Below, one piece after another: positions 25,410 through 37,754 of a stretch of DNA of 64,000 nucleotides. Position 1 is the stretch's first letter. Every line of letters begins with the position of its first letter. The position numbers were made by a program, and so were the translations under genes. Location of the stretch: the NCBI GenBank assembly GCA_009602725.1, contig WELB01000032.1, positions 298,636-362,635 of the forward strand, in the 5' to 3' direction. The notes beneath the pieces were generated by a model. It did not search any database and was not told the origin of the DNA. It saw nothing but the letters and a program-made list of their open reading frames with translations. The DNA is from Spirogloea muscicola. Taxonomy: Eukaryota.

Positions 25410-27230
25410 ATGATCAGCACAGAGGAAGCCCTGGCGCTGGTCGCTCACCTACCAGGCTTGCTGCACCCGCCCAAGCTGAAGAGACATTGGCGCCGGCTCG
25501 CCTATGGTGAGTCAGTGGGCTTCTCCAGTACGAGGTCTGCTGCCGTACTTCGAGATCACGTAACAGTAGCTCCGTGAGCAGATTTGTCTTTGCATGTTGG
25601 AAGGTTGGAATGTACGTGGAGGAGCAATGCAGAGTAACCAGGGCTACACAGCACATCATAAATCATCACATCTAGGTGCAGATGGCTCAAGCACAGGGAG
25701 CTCGTTCCCATCCCATCGTCAGCAGTTTCCGTGTCTTGCAAGTGGATGCTTCAGTTGCGACACGACTGTCCTTCTGATCAGTTGCTTTGCTGGTAATAAT
25801 GCATCCTGCAGACTTACTGTGCCTATGCTCTGGGATGCGAGCTACTGTGATGTTGGACTACATGTGCATACATCCTAGCCAACTGGCTGCAGTATTGGCT
25901 AATCTCTTCCAGGTTTCAATCTCTGAGACATACACGACATGCATGGAGGTGACCCCATAGGGAGGAGTGTCTCAAGTACTAGCTCAAGTAACTTGCAGCC
26001 CTGGCCCTTGCAAGCTAATAAATTGACAAGTTGGTATTTGAGCAGACACAGCTGCTTGTCTGTGCAGCGCATTCGCGTATCTTCGTCGTTGGGTGTCATG
26101 TACATGGGTGGCTGCTCTTATGTGTACCATGAAAAGAATCTGTTAAGCACTGGACAAGCCACCCTGGATGGTCTACATTTCACCACCAACTTTATTATTC
26201 TTACAGCAGAAGGTGCCAAGGTAAGTGCACGTACTCAGAGCGCTGTGCTTTGTTGGTACTTTGGCTTCTCTGAAGTTGCTGCGAGCAGCTTCTGCCTTGT
26301 TGGCTACGCCTCAATCATGTCTGCTTCTGCCCCTTCAGTGTATGCATGTTGCAGCCCTCACGACAGGATACTGATCACACAGCCATAGCAGCTGCTGTCT
26401 CATGATGGTACAATCTCATGCATTCCTAGGTCTCAACAGTTTGCAGGCCCTGAGCAGCACAAGTTCATACATGAGCAACTTGTACACTTTCTGGCTCATA
26501 TGAGCTCTTTACTTAATGACATGCCTGCGCAAGGTTGCTACTCTTTCTGCCATACTGAGACCTTGAAGCCTTGATTCAGATGAATTAGCATCACTTTCTC
26601 TACACTGGGTGCTATTCTAGAGTGTCAAGAACATCTATATGCTTTTACCCGTCCTAGTGCTTCGATCAGTCCAATGCTGTCCGGTTTTCTGGATGGCCAA
26701 TTCAAGCCACACTTCTGTAGTTGGTGTGTGCAAATATGAAGCAGGTGGAGTTGCAGGGCAGTACCTTGATCTTGAGGGCTATTGTCAAGAAGGACAGCTT
26801 CCACTGCCAACACTCAATGGGTACACCCCTTGGCTGTTTGCTCATTATTGGGAACGCTCACGTAGGTCTTTGCGCTTGCGCAAAGGGGCTTACTACTGCA
26901 GTACCATATGTTGGCTGATGACAGTGCCTGCGCAAGTATGTCAGGTGGCTCCTTGGCTACCCTGTAGTCTACTACTTCAGAAAGCAACAACAAAACGCCG
27001 TTACAGGGCTCTCTCATGTCAATCTTTTGCAGCTGAAGCTCATGCTACCAAGGTTAGTGGCATTATCCAATTTCTGTTGTCGATACAGTGTTCACTCTCT
27101 ATCACTGGCACAATCTTACGAACAAGGACTTGCTGCTGACCTGTCCTGCAACAGCAAACTCCTCAGCAGTGGGCCAGTCCTTTCAAAGAATCACGCAGAA
27201 TCCACAGACCTTGACGTATTACTGAGGTAA
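25410..27230 (+). CDS. Putative multi-exon hypothetical protein, unidentified; 3' end uncertain
   Basis: GC-rich 5' flank; ATG exon MISTEEALALVAHLPGLLHPPKLKRHWRRLAY ending at a GTGAGT donor; further exon-like segments ending at GTAAG/GT donors (about 26220, 26533, 27227). No recognised domain. Confidence 0.4.
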
Positions 27231-28277
27231 GGATTGCCATTTATGTACAAATAAGCTTGGCTGCTAGACTAGTGAAATGAAAGTCTGCATTAGAACTAGA
27301 ATCAATCTCAGCTTACGATATGAGCAATATGGAGAGTCTCTGGCTCAGAGAGGTTCTTGTCTGTCAGCCGTGACATCACACAGGCTCCTTCTAATCTGCA
27401 CTGCAGCTTCACAGTGCCGAGTGCACTCTGTCCAGCTGGCTCGGATTCACCATGGGCCAGAAATTTGTTAGCTGACTATTGCAATCGCCAGGGCAAGTCA
27501 GCACAACTGTGGGACAAACCATACATATTGAACTCATTACATCGGCTTCACAATGTGCTACTTTGAAATGGCAATTTTTGTTGATCAAAAGTTGTTCTAA
27601 AGCTCATGATATTTAGCTGCTTCTGAGAGAGACCTTTTGTTTGCACAAACTACTTCACGTGGACAACAAGCGTATGCAACATCTGACAAGTTTGTATCAC
27701 GATTGTCTTTCCATGGTTGTCCTACGAATACTTCCTGAAACAATTCTCATTACTTAGAACATACTGCAATAATCCAGAGATTCCTTAAATCTTTTCAATG
27801 CAGCTATGAAAGCCATTTTGCATCTGACAATTGTACTTTCAGCCCCCACTCAAACCGAAAATTCCTGTTATGGACTGGGCTTCTACAGAAAGGAAGAGCT
27901 TATGTCTAATTACGAAATGCGAGACAATGCGAGCTCAAACATAGTATTACTTAAGTACATATTCAATGCTGATTATGAGCTTAAGCGAATGCAGAATGCT
28001 GCTATTTGTCATGACCTTATCGTTATGACCTTATACATGACATTAGTGGCATCATCACGGCCAAGGAGCACTATCTACATCACAATATGTAAGACTGTAC
28101 AGCAAATTTAGAACCTTCTTTTCCAGGATCGACAGAATGGTCTAAGGCTATGAAGCCATAGAAGTGTGAGGCCTACAATAAGTCATCACCATTACCAAAC
28201 AATCAACCAACCTAGTGTGATAAAGCTGAGCAAGATATGCTTCTAATATAAACATCTATGATCTTTTACGAGGCCAT

Positions 28278-29546
28278 CTAGACCTCGATGATGTCAAGTG
28301 TGCTGCCACCAGGTGACGCAGACGAAGAGCAGCTAGTGCAGACCAGTGATCCCAAACCATGACAAGCTTTGCATATATTTTGCTGTGTCCTGCACTCTTC
28401 AAGCCTCTGCAGCTCTTGCTTTTGCAACCAACCCATGCTCCAGCTCGCTCTGTCCTGCAACATTCCAGCTTGACCTCATAAGCCTTAGATCGCAGACTAT
28501 CTCCTAGTACTGCCCTGCGTACGGCCTACCTTTTCATCTATACAAAAGCAGCAGTCACAGTGTCGTGATAATGGCAGCACTGTGAGAAAGTCTGCAGTGG
28601 CGCTGAAGGCATGAGATACTTAAGAGATACTGACCTTGAGGTTGCGGAGATTCACAAAAAACCGCGTATTGGAGTCACAGGTAGACACCATCTCCACAAA
28701 CCACTGCTTCCCTTGGCCCTTCGTCTTGGAGTCTACTTGAAAATGTCGCCATCCGAAGGTGCTCTCCATCGCCGTCCATTTTGAACCTGGATAAATTTGA
28801 CGAGATGTTGAGTTTCAGATGTGAAGCTACTGCCAACACCCAGAAGGCAGAGCTGCAGCATGACCAGCACGGTAGATCCAAGCAATGAAAGCATGTGACC
28901 TGGACGAGCCTGAGCTCGCTGACCCTACAGCAGCTTGACAAGGAGGAAGATCACGTGCTCTTACCCACAATACGGTCTGCGTTGACAGGATTGTGTCTGT
29001 GGAAGCCGCCTTTGAGGAGGTAACCGCGCCCTTGGCAGACGTTGCAGGACACGCGCTTTGTACCTGCATGAGGCCGACCGGGACTCCTGCGTCAACAATG
29101 GAAGAGGAAGCGCCCGACTGGAGCCCAACTGCTCGAAGTGTGCAGCACAGTCAGCTACAAGCTTCCCAGCCAAGGTGGGGCTCAGAGGCAAGCGGCGGAC
29201 AAAGACCTGATGGAGGCAGGGGGCAGCTGTAAGCTTCTTAAGGAGGCTTAAAGGAGAGGAAGGGCGCGCGCAACAGCGGCTGAGGAGGAAGGGCAGCTGA
29301 GGAGAGCCCACCTCTGCAGTAGCGGCAGGGGAGACGAGGGTATAGGTGCGCCAGTGGCTTGACGAACTGGGTCCGAGTGGCAGGAGCCGCTGCGGAGGCG
29401 AGCGGCGACCGTGGCGGCGGCGGCGTCGGCGGCGGCGGCAGCTGCGGCGGCGGCGGCGACTGCGAAGACGCAGCAGGCGCAGGCGGAGCTCTGAAGGAGT
29501 CGGCGGCGGCGAGGGGGGCGGAGAGGCGGGCGGGCAGGCAGGCCAT
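28278..29546 (-). CDS. DnaJ-type CxxCxGxG zinc-finger protein with an inserted TIGR02450 Trp-rich domain, probably plastid-targeted (exons 29546-29312, 29063-28965, 28786-28635, 28454-28278)
   Basis: Spliced product: Ala/Pro/Ser-rich leader, CRYCRGTKRVSCNVCQGRG, IVGSKWTAMESTFGWRHFQV...WFVEMVSTCDSNTRFFVNLRNLKDRASWSMGW, then CKACHGLGSLVCTSC. All introns are GT-AG and in phase. Confidence 0.8.
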
Positions 29547-29619
29547 TCGGGAGGTGAAGCGTGTATCGAGCGGAGAGCCAAGGCGGCACTAAGTACAAGG
29601 AATGAAGTGTGTGTTACGG

Positions 29620-31145
29620 AGAAGGAGTGGCTCTCCCAATGGGGGCAAGGGCTGTGAGAAGCCAGCCCGAAAAGAATTGACAAGGTTCGAAGGGGCCAAA
29701 CTACGAGCTAAGCAGCGACTGCGGGGCCTGAAGAGGCTATGGCAGAACGGGGGAGGATGGACCACTCGGTAGTTACGAGTAAGGAGCCTCACATCCGACA
29801 GACTAGCTGCCGGTAAACTATCCCCCTATGGAGGGCCTGTGTGGCCATCTGCATAGGCAAGCACATTGACATATGTATATCCCCTGCTGCTAAGCTGACC
29901 CGCTCAGTAACCACGAGTCAGCACAAAGAAGGGTCGCTAATTGATGCCCAAATACCGGACGGCAATCGACAAGTCAAGAGAGAAATGCAGGTGTACTCAT
30001 CCAGGGGAGTGACACTGCTGCGCAAGGATCAAGAGTCCAGTAATACTGGGGGGGAGGCCTGGTGCTTCTTCGGGGGTCGTTTCTTCACTCTGGCTCTGGC
30101 CAGGGGACCCGCTACCCGGAGACTAGTTTCTCTGACCTCCGACTGCTCAACAGGGTGACTGAGTGCCTCGTGGCCACTCGAGTCACTGTGTGCTGTAGCC
30201 CTTCTCCATCCATTTCACAGCTTTCTCTCTATAGATGAGCTAGAAAGAGAAGAAAAGGCTTCTTCTCTTTCACAGCCAGCGCCTCCTCCTGCAAGAAGCA
30301 GCTCTTGCAAACGCAAGGGCTGTGAAAGGCCAGCTCAAACAAAGGACATAGTCCAAGGAGCCGGAAATGTAGAGACCATTGAAGGTGCCAGCTAAGTAAC
30401 TCCTAGTCAGCAGTCGCAAGTGGGAGAGAGTAGCAGCAGGAAAGGAGTTGCCCCGCTTACAACCTGAAGCGGCAGCCAGGGCACGACTAGCACGAAGATG
30501 CAAGGCATGGTCCAGGGAATGCTGTAGGAACGCAGTAGACAATACACCGGGGCCTGAGAGCCCGCGGCATTGGATCTGCCTGCTCCCCTTGATGACGTCG
30601 GGACACAGCGCTTCCTGCAAAAGCTTCCTCCGACAGACTCCTCTGGCTGTTTGTGGCGGTCACACTTCCTTTCCTGCGTGTCTACGGAGTCCAACTCGTA
30701 GGCCGCTCTTAGTGGAGTATTTCTCGAATCCTGTCAAAGGGGTCGGTGGCTGTCATCGCCCCCTTTGACAGAGCCTCTTCTTCCTTCAGCTTGCCCTTTG
30801 ACATACCCATGCTTTCGTTGGTTTGCGCTTTCCAACCCCTTCAAGCTTGTCCGTACCACTTTGGGCGGGCCATCTACAGCCATTGAACCCCCTCCTGGAA
30901 TTAAATGCTACATCCTCATCGTAGATCAGGTACAGCTTGCGCTGTTAGCTGTATGACAGGAAGGTGCACCTGAAATATGAAAGAGATGGAGTGTGTATTA
31001 AGTGATGGAAGGGCAGAGTGGCCAAGTACAAAGGCAAGCACATTGACAGGTATACATCACCTGCTGCTAAGCTGACCCGCTCATTAACCACGAGTCACCA
31101 CGTAGAGGTTGCCAACCGATGCCCGAGTACCAGACGGCAGGGCAA
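29620..31145 (-). mobile_element. Retroelement 3'-end fragments of several families filling a divergent promoter region
   Basis: Reverse-complement copies ending RLLTRNY (29620-29827), VLTRGY* (about 29830-29970 and 31005-31145, one family) and LRLLTRSY (about 30300-30535), plus a C-family fragment at about 30085-30165. Confidence 0.8.
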
Positions 31146-31228
31146 GAGATGGAGTAGAGGCGCGCCACTTGGCTGCCAGCTACCAGCGTCCACGTCGACT
31201 TCACTGCAGCCTCCCCTCCCGCGCTCCC

Positions 31229-31258
31229 ATGGCCGCCGCTGCCGCCGCCGGTGCTGCC

Positions 31259-31289
<31 letters not shown>

Positions 31290-33547
31290 CGNCCCGGCCC
31301 GCCATGGCCGCCCCCGCTTCCCGGTCCGCCCGCCTCTCCCCGCCCGCCAGCCAGTCCTCTGCCCCCGGCGCCCGCGCACTCAGCAGCCCTGCTGCGGCAG
31401 ACCGGCGCCAGCTTCTCTCCATCTACTCAGCTCGATCACCTGATGTCCTGCTGCTCGGTGGTCTCGTTGCTGCAGACCTGCTGGCTTAGTGAGGGGCCCC
31501 GCTCCTGTACCAGAGGCAGCTGCGCAGAGGGGTTCTCTGCCAGCCTGCTCGGCCTCCCTCGCCGAGGCTCAAGAGGTCTCGACCAGCTCGGGGGCTGGAT
31601 CCAGCCCAGCTCAGCTCACCTACTTGGAGGTTAGCTCCCGGCGGGCAGCAGACCTGCACGTGAGTGCAGCTGACTGGTCATTCCAGCTTGGCCGTCTTGC
31701 CGGCAAGCTGACTGAGCGAGAGGCTGTGGCTGAGGCTGTAAGCGTGCAGCAGTCAGTTGGTCACCTTTAGCCTACTGCCAACTTGGAGCTGGGCTGAGCT
31801 GCACTGTCTGTCTCTCAGACCATTCCACAGTGGATTCGTGGAAGGCATGCAGGGTAACAGCTGGCTTTGGAGCGTAGCAGGTGTCAATGTGCTTCTGGAC
31901 CCTGTGCTTGTGGGTGAGCTTGACTTCAATATGCCGTTTCTCTATTCAGCAAAGAAGAAGGTTCTGAAAGACTTTTCAGTGAGTTCTTGATCCTTTCCCA
32001 CCACGATAGGCTATCAACCCGTTGTCTCATTCTCCAAGTGCATCAATCTTGGTGTATTGTGCCTTGAAGATACATGGTCGCCACAAAGCTTTTGGGCGTG
32101 ACATTCAGTTTGTTGTCGTTACTGTTTTGTTTCCATCTTCGAGTCTGTGTGTGGAAGCTTTGTCTGACTGCCGTCATGTGCTCTCGCTTCCATGTCTCTG
32201 TTGTGCAGCTGGAGCAGCTCCCACCACTTGACTGTTTGCTAATCACTCAGAGTCTGGATGACCATTGCCACAAGAAGACCCTGGGGCCTCTCTCGCAGAA
32301 GCTGCCAGACCTTCGCGTCATTGCTACTCCAAATGCAGAGGCCTTTTTGAGCAAGCACTTCAATAATGTTAGTCAGCTTCCTGGGCTTATCCTGAAGGAT
32401 GCTCAACTCGCGTCTCTTGTTTGTGATGATGCACGATGGAGGCTTGGGTTGCTTCAACCTGTATGCCAATGATGCTAAGTTCCAGTTGTGGCCTTCTTAG
32501 CAGTTGTTTGAAGCCTGCAGGTGACATATCTTTCCCCTGGTGAAAGCACATCCTTCACTGGGTCCAACAACGTGGAGCTAAGCGTCAAGGCCACAGCAGG
32601 CCCTGTTCTGGGCCCCCCTTGGCAGCGCCCAGAGAATGGGTGAGTGCTGCATGTGAATAGGACCGTTGTGAATCTTCTAACGCTTGCAACAAGTGTCTGG
32701 TGCACGCGAAAGCACTATCACTGTCATGGCAATGCACAAGGTATTTGCAGAAGACTTCAGTTAGTCAACATAAGATTTTAAATTACTCTGACAGCGGTTG
32801 AAGAAGTTGAGCCTGTCAGAATACTGCTCCTTATTCTGCACTCCTAGTGACTGAGTGCCCCTAGTGCAATCCCAGGTACATAGTTCGTGCCAAGGATCCC
32901 AAAGTTTCATTGTACTACGAGCCTCACTGCGTCTTCAAGGAGGAGAGTTTGGAAGGAGAGCAAGTGGATGTGCTTGTTTCTCCGGTGGTGAAGCAGACGC
33001 TCCCTTTCTACTCACTTGTCTCTGGACAAGATGACGCAGTTCGACTTGCACGGAAGCTGCAAGTCAAGTGAGCTATTTCTGAACTCAAATATTACTTCAC
33101 TAGTACTACTGGTCTCAATATACGTTCTTGAGCCTTGGTTCAAGCACATAAGTGTTCCTCATAACACAATATTCATGGGTGCTGGGTTGCATGTCCTGCA
33201 ACAGGTATGTTGTACCTACTGCAAATGCAGAAGCTAATGCCTCCGGTCTTCTGGCACTTATTGTCAAAGCCGTCGGCACAGTGGACAACTTTGAGGTTAG
33301 CAAGCCAGCATACCACTTGCTGGTTAAGGGAGTATCTTGTGGCCACGCGTATGTTTCTCGGGCAGGGGTGTATGTGACCATCTCCTGCCTTTCACAGGAC
33401 AAGGTTGGTGATGACTTGCAGCAGCAGGTCCTGACATTTTGCAAAGGTCGCATGTACGTGCAGAAACTGCTCAGTGAGCAGGTCAAGGATGCGAAGGTGC
33501 TGAAGCCTGAGCCAGGACAACCCTTAGAAATTCCCTCCTTGCAGTGA
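31229..33547 (+). CDS. Metallo-beta-lactamase-fold hydrolase (Lactamase_B_3-type), likely plastid-targeted; start uncertain
   Basis: LTYLE|GNSWLW..NVLLDPVLVGELDF; LDCLLITQSLDDHCHKKTL; AGPVLGPPWQRPENG|Y; SLYYEPHC; Ala/Pro-rich leader. Confidence 0.85.
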
Positions 33548-34068
33548 GTACATTTCCACAAATCTAGCTCACCTATTAACCTGCCTGTAACGAGACAACA
33601 GTTTGTAGATACTGAGATATCTGCACAGTAGACATTGTCCAGCTTATCTAGCAAAGCTGTTCTCACTAGCAATACACAGTGCTTGCAAGTTATGCTGCTT
33701 GCAAGGGCCTCATGGGCCTCACTAGCAATACACAGTGCTTGCAAGCCATGCTGCTTGCAAGAACATCATGAGCGCCATAGTATCCGGGAATTGTATAAGT
33801 CTGCAAGCGCGCCATGGAGTTGTGCCAACAGTCCTACAGCATATTGCTTGCATTACTGTGACAGACTGCAAAGAAAGCATCCAAGGATTGCCAGCAACTA
33901 TACAAGGCAATGGTTCAGTACCCTGTCAAGGCTGTGTGCGTGTGCCCAAGCTTAGATGTAATGACAACCAACCATGACAGGGGAGGGGTTTGAGGTGGAG
34001 CCTCTTGTTTGTCATATTAAGGGAATATTGACAATCAAGTTCTATGAAAATACATTGACCTCCTACTC

Positions 34069-36283
34069 CTAGTTTTCATCTTCAGTGTCTGGGTTGAATG
34101 ACAGAATTCGTGTGTGTTTGAGGATCGGTGATTGCCCTGCCACCTGGCCAGGAAATAGACAAAGCGATCAGCGACTTGTCAACAATGACTAGTCACAAAC
34201 TCGCAATTAAGAATCTCTGTGGCTTGCATGAGACATGGCCGTGGCATGCTACTATACTCTACCTCAGTTGGGCCATTGGACGGGCCAACAGTCCCCGACT
34301 TCCGCTTCCGAAATTGGTGACGGCCGAGTCGTATGTCCTCTGCTTCTTGCTTCCTCATACGCTCTTTCGTCTGTTACAATTGTGATGCCTGGATAGTTGT
34401 CAGCACGACAATGGCATTGAGCCAGCCACGCACCCTTCGTGCTGGCCACAACCACAGAAGATGGCTTCACAACATCACTAGTTACTGCATTGTGAAGAAT
34501 GTCAGCACCTAGACACCAGCAAGGGTCCAGACTGGCAAACCTGGTCGAGGGCCTCTTGTAGCTGCTGATAGTCTGGCTCTTGTTTCAATCCGGCTTCATA
34601 TGCTGACACTGCCTGCAATGACCTTTCAGTGTTAGGCGGAAGCCTTCTCCACTGCTTAAAACTCTTACCTGTATGTAATTTCTTTCAAACGTACTCACAA
34701 GAAGCTGGCAGCTCTGTCACCTGACTACCGGAATGTACCAACTGGGGGCTGAAGGTCACGCACAAATGAAGGCGCAAAACATCATCAAGATACATGACTC
34801 AGTACCTCCTCAAATCTTCCAAGACCGTGAAGAGCTATGCCCACACGAAGATGAGCCTTTCCCCAGTCTGGCTTCAGCTCCACTGCCTGTGGATGCAGAC
34901 TCTCACAGAAGGGCATCAACTTTGTTTGAGGAACTTATCCATGCGAACTCCACAAGGTCCTGGCCTGCAAGCCCAGCCAACATCGCATGCTTCTTGCACT
35001 GCATGGTTGCTTGATTGGGGGTAGTGCCGTGACATACTCTGAGTGCATCCTCGAGCGCCTGCCTGAAATCCTTGAGACCTGCATGTGCGGCAGACCTGTT
35101 GCTGAAGAGGACAGCATTCCTGCTCGTAGCAGAGTGCAATGAACCCATTCCTGTCAGCTTGTTATATCAAGGATATGCATGCAGAGCTAGCACTAGCTAG
35201 CTTAGGAGGTCGAGGATGTCAGAGTTAGGAACTCCCAGACGATGGCCATTAGTGTCATGTGCCAAAAGGCTAGGCTGTCGACCCGCAGTGAGGTAGAGTA
35301 CCTCAAATGACAGCGCAGGTCAATAGCTGAGCAGGGAGGACAGCAATTTCATGTGGCATGTCACAAGGCGGGCTCTGCTGGCTCACTGGGGCGTCAGAAC
35401 TATGGCCCTGCCGAAGCACTGCACAGCCTCCTTGTACTTGCCCTTCCCAAAGGCCGCATTTCCCTTCTCTTTGGACTTGGCTGCCTGACAGCAGAGGACC
35501 AATTACGCATCACAATCCATCGCCATCGTTACTGACGCAATTGCCTCTGCAAAGTCATGGGAGGCCTCACATAGCAGGGCCCAACTCAGCAGCCGCAACC
35601 ACAGCCTGGGCAACTGCATGCAGATGCTACAGTACCTCAAGGATAAGGAGAGGACCTCAGTTTCTGCGCGCGACGGCGTAGCTGCTGGGAGCTCTTGGCC
35701 AGGAGCGTCCGCCGAGGGCACGAACGTGGCACCTGCAAAGTCCTACGACAAGCAAAGTCCAGGTGGGGTCGTCTGTGTCCGTGACCACTGCTGCCAAAGT
35801 CCCCCAGCTTGACGAGGACGAGGACGAGGACAGCAGGACACGGAAGCAGCCGCTCGATTGAGGCGGCGAGAGGCCAGTGAGAAGAGGTGCTGCCCACCTC
35901 GGGGAAGTCGTCGTCATCCTCCTCTGCCGCTGCGCCCGCCGCCGCAAGGGCGCCTGGCCCGCTGCCCTGGCCCGCCGCCGAGAACTCTGGGCGCGCGATT
36001 GCACGCCTGCGCGCCCTTTCAAGGAGCCACCATTGCCACAGGAAGGGTGGAGCTCGTGGCTCGCCCGGCGCCACCCGGGTGTTTATGACTTAGGGTTTAG
36101 GAGTTAAGGTTCAGCCGGGGTGGGGGCGTCGGGCGCACCCGCCCAGGCGGCCTTGGCTTCGTCGTGGAAGCCGTCGCGCTGGAGGAGGTGGCCGTAGGGC
36201 TGCAGGAACTTGGGCACGCGGCGCACGTACTCGGGCGCCCCCTTGAGCGGCCGCCCGCCGCCAGCGGTGCCGCCGCCGCGCAT
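34069..36283 (-). CDS. TPR-repeat protein (STI1-like TPR triad) flanked by DUF4604/KIAA1143-like motifs
   Basis: Exons: MRGGG..EYVRRVPKFLQPYGHLL; KSKEKGNAAFGKGKYKEAVQCFGRAI; NAVLFSNRSAAHAGLKDFRQALEDA; VELKPDWGKAHLRVGIALHGLGRFEE; AVSAYEAGLKQEP; RHQFRKRK; RILSFNPDTEDEN*. Confidence 0.75.
36091..36098 (-). promoter_or_regulatory. Telo-box in the first intron of the TPR gene
   Basis: TAGGGTTT, the reverse complement of AAACCCTA. Confidence 0.4.
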
Positions 36284-36299
36284 GGCAGGAAAGCGAGAG

Positions 36300-37679
36300 A
36301 GGAGAGAGCGCGAGAAGGCGCGCGGGGCGCATCAAATGGAAGGGTGGCCGAGCCAAACCAACACATTGTTCAGGCAACAGCTAGTGCAAGTAGTGGGGCT
36401 ACCTGGAACGAAGGCCCTATGCCGAAGGGGCTAAGGTAACAGTGTGCGCAGAGAAGTGGCTCTCCCAATGGCGGCAAGGGCTGTGAGAAGCCAGCCCGAA
36501 AACAATTGACAAGGTTCGAAGGGGCCAAACTACGAGCTAAGCAGCGACTACGGGGCCTGGAGAGCAAGCGCGGCCAGATGATCTGGTGGCTGGGAGAGGC
36601 CAGCCCAAAAGAATGGACAAGGTCTGAAGGAGTCGGAGAAGTGGCTCTCCCAATGGGGGCAAGGGCTGTGAGAAGCCAGCCCGAAAAGAATTGACAAGGT
36701 TCGAAGGGGCCAAAGTACGAGCTAAGCAGCGACTGCGGGGCCTGAAGAGGCCATGGCAGAGCGGGGGAGGATGGACCACTCAGTAGTCACGAGTGAGGAG
36801 CCTCAAATCCGACAGACTAGCTGCCGGCAAATTATCCCCCTGACGAAAGCCGAAGCGCAGAGGAAAGAGAGGTGCCACTCCCAATGGGGGGCAAGGGCTG
36901 TGAAAGCCCAGCCCGAAGAAAAATTGACAAAAGGTTCGAAGGGGCCAAATGATGGAGGGGCCTGAAGATGCTATGTCGGAACGGGGGAGGATGGACCACT
37001 CAGTAATTACGAGTGAGGAGCCTCAAATCCGACAGACTAGCTGCCGGAAAACTATCCCCCTGACGAAAGCCGGAGGCCGCAGCGAGAGCACGGCCAGCAC
37101 GCAGATGCAAGGCGTGGGCCATGGACCGCTGAAGGGAGGAAAACCAGCCCACAGAAGAAATAAGTGGGGCGAGGAGGTCAGCTCTTCCGAGAGCTCACTT
37201 CCAAGAGGGGGCGGGGGCTGTGAATGGCCAGCCCAAAAAGAAGACGGCTCGCCCATAAGAAAGTGAATGGACAATGTCCGCAGGCATCAAAGGCCACAAA
37301 ATAGTGCCCGGAAAGACAAAACTACACACCAAGACACGAAATGATGCAGATGGATGCTTAGTAACCACGAGTGAGCAACAGCAAATCAGAATAACTCGAA
37401 GCAGGAAAAGCGGCACTCTGCCGAGACCCTGAGGCAGCAGCCATTGCGCGGCCGGCGGGCGTGTGGACCGCACGAGCCTGAGAGCGCTGGAGCGAGACCG
37501 CCAGTCGCATTCGAAAGACCTGAGCGAGGGAGCCGGCAGCATTGAAGCCTGGCGAACCCGGCCGCCGCTCGATGGCCCCGCCGGGCGAGCCGCTGGAGGA
37601 GATCCAACCAGCCCCTGCCGAAGGCCCCGTGAACGTCAACGGCCAGGGCCGCGAAGTCATGGCCTGGAGGGTGGTCAGC
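36300..37679 (-). mobile_element. Head-to-tail minus-strand stack of retroelement 3' ends (families A, B, D and others)
   Basis: Three A-type 3' UTRs (about 36451, 36637, 36870). A B-type copy at about 37200-37679 encodes ADHPPGHDFAALAVDVHGAFGRGWLDLLQRL...SDLLLLTRGY*. Confidence 0.85.
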
Positions 37680-37715
37680 CTCGCGCTCTCCCTCTCCTCG
37701 CGCTAGGTCGCCGGC

Positions 37716-37754
<39 letters not shown>

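Noticed and set aside
25410..25507. MoeA/CNX1 gene (MISTEEAL start)
   Set aside because: Similarity is limited to the first few residues, with no MoeA motifs downstream.
37660..37715. HDV-like ribozyme at the element 5' end (GGCCTGG/CTAGGTC pairing, TCCTCGC)
   Set aside because: The putative P1 5' strand lies outside the TSD, in the host element's coding remnant, and P3 cannot form.
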